From Podarcis vaucheri (lineage: Eukaryota): a stretch of DNA of 64,000 nucleotides. Position 1 is the stretch's first letter; every line of letters starts with the position of its first letter. Under the pieces are notes generated by a model. It was not told where the DNA came from. It was given only the letters and a program-made list of their open reading frames with translations, and did not search any database. Of the stretch, positions 1-12,036 are shown piece after piece. The translations under genes and the position numbers were made by a program. The stretch is from assembly GCA_965113315.1 (NCBI GenBank), contig OZ220375.1; one strand, given 5' to 3'.

Positions 1-2581
1 GCATGGAGATGCGTGGGAATCCAATGCTGGGCTACAGTGAAGGAAAGGCTCCACCTGAAATGTAAATGTTTTAAATTCTCTCCAAACCCAGGTATAAGTA
101 TTTCTACAATAAACCATATTTCTTAAAGATATTAGTCTCCACTATGCCTTGATTTCCCAGATACACCCCTGTTTGAGCACATCGAACCCCCTGGAATCTT
201 GCTACCACTTGGCAGAGTTTGGAGCAGGGGTTGGCACACAGACTTAAAAAAAAAAAAATCATTTCTAGATGTGAGGGTTACAGCCATGCTTATGGGGTTG
301 ACACAAGCATAATATATCCCCCAATGAGGCAAACTCAAACAGGCTCATGACTAAGTCTATCAATCAGTAGTACCTCGTCTTTTTTAAAAAAAAATCATTA
401 TTTGAGAATCCACATATTTGCTGGGGGAAGAAATTTGAATATAAACTACTTCCTTTGCAAAGGGGAAAAACTGCTCCTTTTAAAAACAGGGAATGATTTT
501 ATTTCCAAAGGAGGCTTGCAAAGCTTACTGTGCAGTACTTCCTAAGCACCATTCGCCAGCTGGGTGTCAGTTGTTGAGCTTTTTTGATTTTGGAAATTCC
601 CCCCAGACAATTTCAATTCCACTTTTCAAATCCAGGAATGTCTGGGAAAATCAGGACATATGGCAGCCCTACAACCAACTGATCAGCAGTGCCTGCAAAG
701 CCTTTTTTGTCCAAGTCCCACCTATAGCTGCCCCTCAGCTGATGTCACATATGACTTCACATGCAGGACAGCTGGGTGTGGCTTGAATGAAATGGCCTTA
801 CAAATAGGAAGCCCCAGTCTTCCAGATTAGGTCCTCAGGCTGATAGTTCTCCATTCCTGTTGTAGAGAGTTGCTGGAACTGGACGGTGGGGTCTGCATCT
901 GCATCTGTTCTGGAAATGCTAGGTGCCAAAGTGCAGCAGGTGTGGTCATGTTGAATTAGTAACCACAGAAGGCCATGCCTCTAGTATTGACATCAGGCAG
1001 GGCCACCCCAGAGGCAACATTCAGTCTTACAGTCTCAAAGATCAATGCTGAATGTTGGAAGAATTTGAACTCTGTGAATTTCAATATGAGAAGACTCCAT
1101 TCACCCTTCCCAAATTAATGAATCAGGTTGATTTTGCACTTCTCCCAACTTTGTGACAGTGTTCTCAGCTCATGTAAAATGTGTAAGTGCATTATCAAAT
1201 GTTCATTTTACATTATATTTAGAAAAATACATTTTGTGAGAAAAATACATTTTCAAATGCTAAACTTAACATTTTGACATGGATTTATTTATATATGTAT
1301 GCATCATCAAACTCTAATGCAGAATTGAATTAATATATGCAATGGTGATACAGACTAGAAATATACTGATCCAACCACCCCTCGTTACACATCCCTACTG
1401 TGTCTGAACAAAGCTCTGAAACCAGAGCATAGAGTTCCAGGTAATTAATATAGTCATAGTTGATTTATTTATAAACCACATATTCTACAAATACATCTGT
1501 GCTTGAAGCAGTTCACAAAAATATTTAAATATCGGAGCAGATTTTGTTGCTGGCATCCTTCTGTCTCAGGAGACAATGGAAAAATACATATGCTGTAGAG
1601 ACTAATATGGGAGAGACATGTTTCGTTGTAGCTGGGGTAGAGGAAGGAGCACATTTACAAAACATAATAATACCTCATGACACAAAATAATAATTATGAT
1701 GATAATTAATATTAAATAAAAATAACAGTTCATTTAACATACATGAAAATTTAAGAGTGCAAAGTTCAACAAGGCAAGTAGTTACACATCCAAATGCACC
1801 ATCAAAACTGATGGCATCAGTGCCGAGTAACCTCCTACCTTTCATTTACTCCTGATCCACAAAGTCCAGAAAGTAACTTCAGACTTAATCTGGAAATGGA
1901 TCCCTTATAAAGACTCTTATGCCTGGAGTATGGGGGAAAGCAAGCAGAAACAGCCATTCAATGATGAAAAACACAGTTTCTTTTCCCTCACAGTTCTTCT
2001 AGAAGAAGTTACATTATGAAGGCTCTTGGAGTGTGGGGCAAAGCATGTGAAACCAAAGTCTCCCCCTTCCCCTCATATTCACACCATACATTTAAAGTGA
2101 ATTGCTTTCCCTCAAAGAATCCTGGGAGCTGTAAGTCACTCCTCACAGAACTACAACTCCCAGCACCTTTAACAAACAACAGTTTGCCTGTTTTGCTCTA
2201 TTACCAAAGGGGCACTTGGGGGGAAGGATCTACTTAACAAGGGGAAGGATCCAGCTGCAAGGAGCAGAGGAACAGGAACAGGAGGACCTGGCAGTATATC
2301 AGTCTCCCCTGGACCATAGCTGGTTGAAGAGCTTGGTCATGAATAAGGGCGTAGTGCTACAACTGAAAAGACTCTCACTCTCTGTTCACAACCCGCATAA
2401 CCTCACATGGTGGGGAACATCTTTAGAGAAGAAGTTTCTCTGTAGATTAGTGTAGGAGAAGGCAATTCTCCACAGTCATAAAACCCAGTCAATATGCACT
2501 ATGGACAATGCAATCTGTGCTGTTGTGTTGAAAATGTGAACTTTCATGTAAGGTGTATATTCTGAAGGTGTATATAGTACA

Positions 2582-3529
2582 TTAGTTATATTTTATTCTG
2601 GAGGTTAGCTTCTTTAGGACATCTTTTAACACCTCTTTCATTTGTTCATTCCTTAGACTAAAGATGAAAGGGTTCAATAAAGGTGTCAAGATGCCAGAGA
2701 AAATGGCTAATGCTTTGTTCATGCTCATGGTGTCACTCTGGGATGGCCTGACATAAACAAAGATGGAGATTCCATAGCCCATGGAGACAACAGTGAAGTG
2801 GGATGCACAGGTGGCAAAGGCCTTCTCCCTTCCCTTTGCAGAAGGAATTTTGAGGATGGTACTGATTATGTAGACGTAAGAGACAGCAGTGAATGAGAGA
2901 GAGCCAAGCAGTAGAAGCAAAGACCCAATGAAATCTATGAACTCAATAAAGCTGATGTCAATGCAGGCGAGGTGTAGCAAAGGGGCACTGTCACAGAAGT
3001 AGTGATTAATGACATTAGGTCCACAGTAAGGCAACCTCACTTTCAGCACTGTTGACAAGAACACAGACAAGAACCCACCGATCCAAGAGCCAATCAGCAT
3101 ATTGACACAAACTTTCCCAGTCATGAGAGTGGGGTACCTAAGCGGGTAGCAGATGGCCATGTAGCGGTCAAAGGACATCGCAGCAAAAAGGATGAACTCT
3201 GTAGAACCCATGAAGAAGTAGAAGTATGACTGAGCAAAGCAACCACCAAACGAAATAGTTTTTCTTTCAGCCAGGAGGTTGGCTAACATTTTAGGCACAA
3301 CACACGTTGTCATGAGTATCTCAATTAAGGACAAGTTGCTGAGGAAGAAATACATAGGGGAGTGAAGGCGATGATCAGTGCAGATGAGTACAATGATGAG
3401 TGCATTCCCCAGCACTGTCACCAGGTAAATGAGAAGGAAAACTATGAAGAGGATGATCTCCACATTTGGTTCATACATAAATCCAAGCAGAAGAAATTCA
3501 CTGACATTTGTCACATTCTCTATTTCCAT
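2582..3529 (-). CDS. Olfactory receptor, intact, 315 aa (family 6/9A-like, class II)
   Basis: OR motifs LHSPMYFFLSNLS, MSFDRYMAICYPLRY, KAFATCASH and PLLNPFIFSLRN; N-glycosylation site NVT. The likely start is MEIENVT (ATG at 3529), just after a pyrimidine-rich acceptor ending at 3541. Confidence 0.95.
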   Translation of the reverse strand: MEIENVTNVSEFLLLGFMYEPNVEIILFIVFLLIYLVTVLGNALIIVLICTDHRLHSPMYFFLSNLSLIEILMTTCVVPKMLANLLAERKTISFGGCFAQSYFYFFMGSTEFILFAAMSFDRYMAICYPLRYPTLMTGKVCVNMLIGSWIGGFLSVFLSTVLKVRLPYCGPNVINHYFCDSAPLLHLACIDISFIEFIDFIGSLLLLLGSLSFTAVSYVYIISTILKIPSAKGREKAFATCASHFTVVSMGYGISIFVYVRPSQSDTMSMNKALAIFSGILTPLLNPFIFSLRNEQMKEVLKDVLKKLTSRIKYN

Positions 3530-3800
3530 GTTATGGCATCCTGAATGAAGGAAGGAGGGGAAGGGATGATCATCAGTACTAGCATTGTAAACTTCATTGC
3601 AAAAAATAAATAGAAGACCCATATTCCACACAGAGTTATATTACATAAACAAGTACCATAATGAAAAGCATGTATGTATTACTTGATCTTGCTTTGTAAG
3701 GATGGGATCATGTTTTCTGTTTCTGCGAAGCATGTAAATGTAAAGACTGAAGTGATGAAACATATTTTGCCATCCTTATTACCCGATGATCAGGTAACAA

Positions 3801-3802
<2 letters not shown>

Positions 3803-3849
<47 letters not shown>
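3803..3849. repeat. (GT)n microsatellite
   Basis: Read directly from the sequence. Confidence 0.98.
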
Positions 3850-3850
<1 letters not shown>

Positions 3851-5071
3851 AACGTATCATATATGTAGAAGATTTTAACAAGCTACAATATAAATACTAT
3901 TAAAGGATTGAAATATGTCTAAAATACTGGGTTGCAAGTGAATGTAAATTTCCTTATGAGTAAGCGTCACAATAGGTTATACTACAAGTAATCATAGATA
4001 AAGTTGTTCTGCATATGACATTAGGTTTTCTATCCCAGACTATAGTGCAATAGCTTTTATTGTACAATATTTTAGTAATAAGTAAATTATCAGAGTAAAA
4101 AAAGAGAGAGAGAAGTATCAGTTTGGCAACAGGTAGGTTTCCTTGAGAATCAATTTAGTTTATATCCAATTTATTTATTTCATAAAATTTATACATCACT
4201 TGATTGCAAAAACAAACAAACCTCAAGGTGATTTACAAAATTTATTGCTATCATACAAAAATTCTTGTTTCAAAATGTTGAGCTCCTCAAGTTTCATTTT
4301 ACTCCCATCTACAAAATCAATCTTAACTGCATTGTGAAATTAGCTATGGCAAAGTAGTTGATTCTATGAAACCATCAAATGAATGGTTTCATGTGTCAAT
4401 GAATAAATATCAATGCAATAGTTTAAAGCATATTGGAGCTATATTGGAGCCTATATTCTGCAAAGGTGACTTAGACATATGTGAAATGAATAATAAATAA
4501 AATCTATATTATCATCTGCATTTTCTAGAAAACAATATCCCAGTTTAGAATGTCTGTAAGTATTCAGTTGATAAATGGTTGGTACATGTGTATATTGTGA
4601 AAGTGAGCAAAGCAAGGTATCACAATTATCTTACCTTGCAAATGCTCAAGTGTTCTTCTGTATGCATAGGAAAGATCACCGGTAAGATTTCTAGGTGTAT
4701 GTCGACGTCAGATAATGTGTCCAGAATAATGCCTCTCATCTGCAAAGTTGTTGGTTTTTATTACTGCAAACTGCATGTGGTTTCTGAATGTAACTACACT
4801 TCCACATTTATCAAATATAAGGTCAACATCAAAATAATAACAAAGTTTTCCCGCTGCAGATTTTAAAGAATGAAAGCAAATGCAAATTGTTAATAATAAA
4901 ACCCAAAAACAATTGACCCCTACACAAAGTAGAGAGAATAACAAAGCCCTTCTGAAGATGAAATAGTTTTCCTGCCCCAGTCTATTATAAGGATGGTTGG
5001 ATTCTGTTGTTTCAAATTTTATGCTGTTTCACCTTTTCCTTAGGGAATGTTGCTTGCTACCCCTGACAACA

Positions 5072-5081
5072 TCCCCAGGGA
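5072..5081. promoter_or_regulatory. Candidate O/E (EBF) binding site TCCC-CA-GGGA upstream of the minus-strand OR
   Basis: Matches the TCCCNNGGGA consensus typical of OR promoters. It lies ~1.5 kb 5' of the OR ATG and upstream of a minus-strand GTAAG donor near 4631-4635. The motif is short and could be chance. Confidence 0.3.
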
Positions 5082-5211
5082 AAAAGGGAATGGAAGAATA
5101 TTTGTGTATATATGCACCCAGGACACGTATAAATTTGAGGAGAAGATGCCCACAACATTTCATCACATGACTAAAAAGAAACTTTTTGGTTTTCCTTAAA
5201 GAAGTGAACAA

Positions 5212-5756
5212 ACATTGCAGAATCACTTTAACCAGAGTGTGGGACTTCACAGCTGGCAATGCAAATTTGGCTGTGAGCTGGGAGGAAATAGGCCTGGGGA
5301 ACAGTATGGCTATGAGGTGAAGAACTTCATCAGCCTGGACAAGAAGACCCTGACCTGGACAGTAGTCGAGGTGCCAGCCCAGGTGACCAAGGGGGAGTGG
5401 GAGTGTGAACGCAATGCCACGCTGACCTGGAAAGGCTACTTAGAGGAGGAATGTATGGAGTAATTTAAGAAACTATAGCAAGATAGCCAGAGGTGAAGGT
5501 GACCAGGAAGGCTATGAAGGTTTGAAGACCTTCCTTTGCCAAGCCCACAGCTTCTACACCAAGGGGATTGATGTCAACTGGGTGGAGGATGGGGAGATCT
5601 GACAGGAGGGCAGCTTCTGTGGAGTGGTCACACCCAACTCAGAAAGGACCTAATACACTTTGCTTGGAATCAAGACAGACCCCAAGGAGAGGGACCACTA
5701 CTTGTGCCATGTGGAGCATGACAGCCTAAAGGAGCCTCAGGACATGGCTCAGGATC
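5212..5756 (+). pseudogene. MHC class I heavy-chain pseudogene, intronless (end of alpha1, alpha2, alpha3)
   Basis: TLQNHFNQS-VGLHSWQCKFGCEL..YGYEVKNFISLDKKTLTWT..AQVTKGEWE..WKGYLEEEC gives the alpha1 end (NQS glycosylation site) and alpha2 with both Cys. PEVKVTRK..TFLCQAHSFYTKGIDVNW..TPNSERT*YTLLGIKTDPKERDHYLCHVEHDSL gives the alpha3 IgC1 domain. Stops at 5461, 5600 and 5651 plus frameshifts; no introns between domains. Confidence 0.88.
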
Positions 5757-5761
5757 TCCCA

Positions 5762-6120
5762 CCCAGCAGCGGAGCAAACCGTTTGGGTGCCCTGTGCCCA
5801 GGGGTGGGGCCAACCGCCCATGGGAGCAGGGCCAGCTGCCCGTGGGGTGGGGCAAGCTGGGGTAGAATGCTCTGTGGGGCCTCTGAGGAGTCTGCCTGCC
5901 TCCTCCTACTCAGCCGCCCTACAGCTGAGGGGGAGGCAGCAGGTGCACCCTTTGGGGCAGCGTTGAGCCTGCGGGTGCCCAAGCCACCACGTCACTTCCA
6001 GGAGAGACATGTGGCTCGGGCGCGCTGCAGGCCCTGTGGTGAGTGCTGCCCAGCATTTTGTCACTCCTTCAGTGGTGACACCTAGGGTGGACTGCCCCCC
6101 CACCCCTGCTCCCAGCACCA
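5762..6120. mobile_element. GC-rich non-autonomous DNA-transposon-like (MITE) insertion at the 3' end of the MHC copy
   Basis: Abrupt GC-rich block starting CAGCAGCGGAGCA, with only a weak complementary TGCTCC near 6108. It resembles common squamate MITEs; no clear TSD. Confidence 0.35.
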
Positions 6121-6812
6121 CCCTCACAAAAATGATTCACCTCTTGTGTTAATAGAAAATATTACAGTAGGCATGAACGTAAGAATTTCGGCAGAACTTA
6201 ATTATCAGGAGACTAATTAATACGACCCACATTTTAAATAAGAATTCAGTTGTGTGTTTCCATAGGGAACTAATGAGTCAGGGAATGTGGGTTAAGCATT
6301 TCTTGGAATTTATTTAAAAGTTTTGGGGGGGATACAATTATTTGCCTTTCATTATTTTGAAATTAGGTAGAAAATATATCTTGGGAATAATGAAAGCATT
6401 GACACTCCTGGGTAAGATGGCAAAGAAAGAAATACAGTTTTGCAGCTAATTAGTTCTTAGAAGTTGTTAGAAATGTTTATCTATGGAATTAAACAGTATT
6501 AATCTACAATAGATGGCATTTGGCATTAATACTTACACATGTAAACTTGTACTAATCAACAACATATATTTTTCTGGTTGACATTTCTGATTAGCCAAAG
6601 CAGGTATTTAGTATTTTGTTCAATCTACATAAATCCACTTGGAAGGTACTTTGACACAATGCTTCCTGCATAAACTTATAGTGAGTGGGATAATTCTAAA
6701 ATAATTTCAACATAGAGAAAAGTACATTTCTAAATATAATATTGAACAGTTTAATCTCTTCATTGCTGATTTTATTCTATAAAAATATAGCACAGTAAAG
6801 CATTAAGGAGAC

Positions 6813-6858
<46 letters not shown>

Positions 6859-7050
6859 TTATACCCCACCCATCTGGCTGAGTTTCCCCAGCCACTCTGG
6901 TTGGCTCCCAACAGAATATCAAGCATTAAAAATGCCTCTAAACAGGGTTGTCTTCAGATGTCTTCTAAAAGTCAGATAACTGTTTATTTCCTTGACATCT
7001 GATGGGAGGGCATTCCACAGGGCGGGCACCACTATTGAGAAGGCCCTCTG
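6813..7050 (-). mobile_element. 3' end of an L2/CR1-group LINE with an (ATT)n tail
   Basis: (ATT)n at 6813-6858 adjoins ACCCCACCCATCTGGCTGAGTTTCCCCAGCCACTCTGG. Related reverse-orientation copies occur near 46900-46980, 51730-51790 and 60000-60060. Confidence 0.55.
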
Positions 7051-7774
7051 TACTCAGTAGTGCAGCAATATTTGCTAAACTACTTTATTTACATATAATA
7101 CACTCGGAGCATTCTGACCTAGCTCCTTCCTCTTTCTCATCAGGCAGCAAAGAGAAAGAGACAAAGGACAATAGTCCTACATTCTGGAACACAATAATAT
7201 AAACATCCTGTCTCTGTCACTTCCCACTATGTGGAATGAAAACATACACTGTCATATGATAAAAAACCAATCCCATGACTGCAACATGGGGCAAGAATCC
7301 TAACAGTAACTAGGGACTACATGCAAGCAGAAAGAAACTTCTGATTGTGTGTTGGGACAGGGAATTTTGCAAACAAATGGGTGCTGTATGCTAGAGCTGT
7401 GCACAAAAATTTCAATCTGCCCTGAAGCCCTTGTCTATGCCCTTCCTGCTACAAGATTGGGCAGATTTGCCTTGGTCTAGTCTGGAGTCCACCCACCTCT
7501 CCCCAAATCCATCCCCAAAGCTATTTGGGTTACGTTAAAGGTTTGTTTTGTTTTGTTTTTACAACCATATAAAAAAGCCAGGAGGAAATCCACCAACACT
7601 CTGCTGGATCTGATTCTATCACTTAGGAGCTGTCCAATTCTAAATGTTGCTGCTCCTTCATGAGGAGCTTCCTTGCATGCAAAAGAATCTGCTTGCAAAG
7701 AGCTAAAACTCCTTCATGAGGTCTGTGTAACTCAGATGAAATGAACATTCACATTTTATAATGTGGGAGCCCTT

Positions 7775-8574
7775 TACAGGACCACACACGGTGCTACAGT
7801 TCCCAGGGAACTATCTAGTAGAGAGGTGGCTGGCCTGCCTCTCAGTGTTATTATTTGGAGGTTCGTGCCCAGCCTCAGTAATCAAGTTTCTTGCTGGGAG
7901 GCGGGGCCAGCCCATTTATAATTAGGGGGTGGAGCCGACAGTATCCAGGCAGTCGGCTTAGGAGATTCACCCTCCCTACCCTCCCTTTGATTAATGTTTT
8001 CTTGTTTGCGAGTTAACTTTTTCTTCCTGTTTAGCAGGCTGCTACGGTCTTTGACTGGTAGCTGTTGAAGGACCGGGAAGAAATTTTCCTGCATTGGCAG
8101 GTTTTGTCTTCACCGTAGCAATTCATCACAACTTGGGCAGTTATGGCCTTGGGTGGGATTCTTTAGTCTTTTCTTCCCTATAATGGGGGGGGGAGGTTTG
8201 AAGTGGTGATTCACCCCCCTTCAGCGGTGATTCTAGGGACCACTCTTAAAGGGGTTATATATAATGGGTGTCACTGGCCATACACTGAAAGATCGTCAGT
8301 GAACTACCCTGTGTGCGGGGATATGGGCTTGGCTGCCTGCTACACTTACATCTCACAGAGCACCCCCATATCCCATTTACCCTGACGAGCCCCGGTTCCC
8401 CCCAGCTGGGAGGCTGGGAGGGATACATGCACAAGGCCTAAGCCAAGGTCTTCCTACATTCGAAAGTTTAATAATGCTGTGGCCTAATTTTTAATTCCAT
8501 AATGTCAGAGTCTTTATTCCTTTCTTATGATCCCTGGGGGCTGGGGGCTGGGGGCTGCAGCACCTGGTCACGCA
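7775..8574 (+). mobile_element. LTR-like element copy 1 (older; same family as 17424-18219)
   Basis: Shares blocks with 17424-18219 (TTTCCTGCATTGGCAGG..CCGTAGCAA, CCATACACTGAAAGATCGTCA, AGCCAAGGTC..GTGGCC) and ends ..GGTCACGCA. Confidence 0.6.
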
Positions 8575-11085
8575 ATGATACCTTCTGAATGCTGATGATG
8601 CCTTAGACTCAGGAGACCACATTCTTGCCACTAGCTCCCTATCTTGGTCACTTGGTCAGCATTGATGGCCTTGCTATGCTTCCCACTTCATAACTCTAGT
8701 CTAGAATATTTTGAAGTACGCATTGTACCCCCCTGCATCGCCCCAAGAGTAATATCCATACTAACTGGGCCTCCAAGGACTTTTTTATTAATTAGTTTGT
8801 TTATTTATTCAGGTTGTGTGGGGATTGAATAGACATCTTTTATGCATATAGAGAGACAGAAAGAAGGGCTGAGGTTGCCATTTTTCTTGCCATTGCAGGA
8901 ACTAATTTTAAAGTCAAATAGGTCAGTTTTTCAAAACACTTGGTGTTGGAACCAGTCTTTTCAGCAAGGTGCTCTAGTGCTTTATGGAGGTCAGAACAGA
9001 CTTTACTCTTAGGAGGATTCATTGCTAGACACATGGGGTTTTAGATTGCTAGTGGATAAAAAAATATGTTAAATCTAGAACTTTAGTGCTCCTTTCCACA
9101 CAGAACTCATGGATTTATGCCACTTAACTGTCCATGTTTTAACAAGAAATGCAGACATGCTAAAATCTAGACTTATTTTATTGTCCTTTTTATTGTGTGA
9201 TTAACTTGTTCATATACCTGTTATTACAGAACCTATAGGAAACACTTAACACGTATGATTTTCCTTACAAGAACTAGTCCATAATGGTCTGGCAGTAGCC
9301 ATCATACTGCAAACAATTTTATTTTTCTTCTTTGATGGACATGTAAGCATGGATAACTCAGTCAACAAGAAAGTGAGTAATTACAAAAATCTATCATCTA
9401 TCTCTATCTCTCTATCTCTCTATCTGATGTTCATACCAGCATATGAGGTGATATAGCTCAATGGCAGACCGCATTTCCATGTAATGATTTCCATGTAAAT
9501 ATTCTAAGATTCAATCTCTGGCAGACTGCCATCATGAAGACAAGTAGTTGGAGGTAAAGCCCATCAAAATTACTGGGCTTCCCTGTCTCCCAACTAAGTA
9601 AGTGTAAGAGGCACTAGCATCCTGAGGTGTGTGGTTGATGTCTTACTGTAGATATCAGAAGGAAAGGTTTGGTTGATCGAAATGGTAGCTGCCCATCCTT
9701 CTTCATGTAACTCACATGTTACTACTGCTTGTTTATTTGAGGTTAGGGAGATATTTGGATTGGAAGAACACACTGCAAAAGTAAAGAGGTTTCCAAAGGA
9801 AGTTAATGCTTTTCTCAAATTTTGGGAACCTCTGCAGTGTGTGTCCTAGTGTGTCCTGTGTCCTAGTGTGTAATTTTATACCCACTTAACAGCAAGCAAA
9901 CCCTGATATTAAAAACTTATAGCACAAATATATGAAATTTGCCCTCTCTAGCCTTAAATGTACAAATGCTGCTAGTGCATATACACATACATTAGGACAT
10001 TATGTTAAACTGTTTCATATGCAGCAGGTAAGTTAGTGTTGGAGCAACATTATAAACTGGAACTGTGTGTGCATTAAGCACTTGTTGTCCAGACACTTTC
10101 ATTATCTATATCACAATAAATAGAGAAATAATAGTACACAGGATCAAATGCACAGAGAAATTTGATGACTAGTTTACAAATTAAGCTTGATTTAATGTGC
10201 ACGTGTACATTTATACAAGTAATGTACAATTGGGGCCAGCTAGCACACATCTCTAATGAGTGACTTTCATGTTTAAACATATTGCCACAGGAAAAAAAAA
10301 TTGTATGCCCTAGCATTACCCCAGTGCAATGTTTTCCAAATGATTTTTCCAGCTACTAGTCATCAATTAAGTAGCAATTAAATGTAGATCAATGAAGCAA
10401 TGTGTATGTTTATATGAACAAGGTATTTATGACTATTAACTGAATGTATACACTAACTATAATATCTAGAAGTTTGGTGATTAGTATTGGACTTAGACAA
10501 GGGAGATCTGCATTTAAATTCCTGTTCAGCCACAAAGCTTATTGGGTGGCATTGAGGCAAGTAACCATTTTACAGCCTAATCTATGTCTAAAGGTGACAG
10601 TGAAGATAAAAAGGGGGGGGGATGTTCATCACCTTGAGCTCTTTGGAGATAAGTCAAAATATACATTTAATAATAGGATCATTCTGTGACATTATGTCTC
10701 TTATGAGTGACTCAAGACATTCCTAAATGTTATAAGCAACTGAGGAATATACTTCTGGGAACCAAACATAAGATAAGGTAGGGATGGGGAACAACTGACA
10801 CCCCCCCCATTGTTGTTGGACTACAGTTCCCATTATCCCTGACTATTGGTTATGATAGGCATGGCTACTGGATGTTGGAGTGAAACTTCTGGAAAGCCAG
10901 AGGTTCTCTATCCTTAAGCTATTTATTTTCTCTCATACAGCAAAGCAGGAAAAAGCCAGTAAAAGTCAGGTCCAGTCTGACTGGTGGCAGTCTGGAGGCA
11001 TCTGAGATGTAGCACTGTGGTTCCGATACCATTTGTAACAAGATGCTTTCTCGTTATCTAGGTGGAGAGATAAATATGATGAAAC

Positions 11086-12036
11086 ATGGAAAGGAAGAAT
11101 GCAACACATGTAACTGAATTCATCCTAACTGGTTTTCCAAATCCTTGGGAGATAGAGATCCTCCTCTTTCTGATATTCTTCATCATTCTGATGGCAACAA
11201 TGATTGGGAACACCATAATCATAACTCTTATAATAATTGATTACCGCCTACATTCCCCCATGTATTTCTTCCTCTGCAACTTGTCTGTCATTGAAATTTT
11301 TGCAACTCTGACAGTGGTGCCCAAAATGATGCAGAACTTCCTACTGGAAAAGAAATCCATCTCTTTCTATGGGTGCCTGGGTCAGTCATATTTCTATTTC
11401 TTGTTTGGCACCTCTGAATATGTTCTACTGGCTATGATGTCCTATGATCGATATGCGGCTATATGCTACCCACTTCGCTACAGCACAATCATGAGTGGGA
11501 AGGTTTGTGTCAATCTTGTTGTAGGTTCCTGGATGAGTGGATTCTTCTCTATACTTGTTCCCACGGTGATGAAGTTAGGCTTGCCTTACTGTGGCCCTAA
11601 TGTGATCGATCACTTTTTCTGTGATAGTGCCCCTTTGCTCCACTTAGCCTGTACTGACATCAGCCTTGTGGAGTTTATTGACTTCCTCGTCTCACTTCCC
11701 ATTCTTCTGGGTTCTCTTTTACTGACACTCATCTCTTACTTTTATATTATAAACACCATTCTCAGGATTCCTTCTGCCACAGGAAGGCAGAAGGCATTCT
11801 CAACTTGTGCCTCCCATTTCACCGTGGTTACAATTGGCTATGGCACCTCTGTCTTCATTTATGTTAGGCCGTCCCAAGCCAATTCTATGAGCTTCAACAA
11901 AATTGCCTCTCTGGTCACAACTGCAGTGACACCCTTGCTCAACCCCATTATCTTTACATTTAGAAACCAGAAAGTCCAGGAAGTTTTTAGGGACTCAGTT
12001 AACAAGTACATAAAGAAAAGAAACGAAGGAGATTGA
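11086..12036 (+). CDS. Olfactory receptor, intact, 316 aa (family 6/9A-like)
   Basis: LHSPMYFFLCNLS, MSYDRYAAICYPLRY, KAFSTCASH and PLLNPIIFTFRN; acceptor TATCTAG just upstream. Clearly paralogous to 2582-3529 and divergently oriented. Confidence 0.96.
   Translation: MERKNATHVTEFILTGFPNPWEIEILLFLIFFIILMATMIGNTIIITLIIIDYRLHSPMYFFLCNLSVIEIFATLTVVPKMMQNFLLEKKSISFYGCLGQSYFYFLFGTSEYVLLAMMSYDRYAAICYPLRYSTIMSGKVCVNLVVGSWMSGFFSILVPTVMKLGLPYCGPNVIDHFFCDSAPLLHLACTDISLVEFIDFLVSLPILLGSLLLTLISYFYIINTILRIPSATGRQKAFSTCASHFTVVTIGYGTSVFIYVRPSQANSMSFNKIASLVTTAVTPLLNPIIFTFRNQKVQEVFRDSVNKYIKKRNEGD

Noticed and set aside
3530-3631. 34-aa N-terminal extension of the first OR in the ORF track (likewise 38329-38385 for the OR11-like gene)
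   Set aside because: The extension lies upstream of the typical OR start (Met followed by an N-x-S/T site) and crosses a probable splice acceptor; it is most likely intron/UTR.
5660-6127. Overlapping GC-rich ORFs (141, 61, 77 and 73 aa)
   Set aside because: Only the first ~30 codons are MHC alpha3 remnant; the rest is read-through into a GC-rich repeat.
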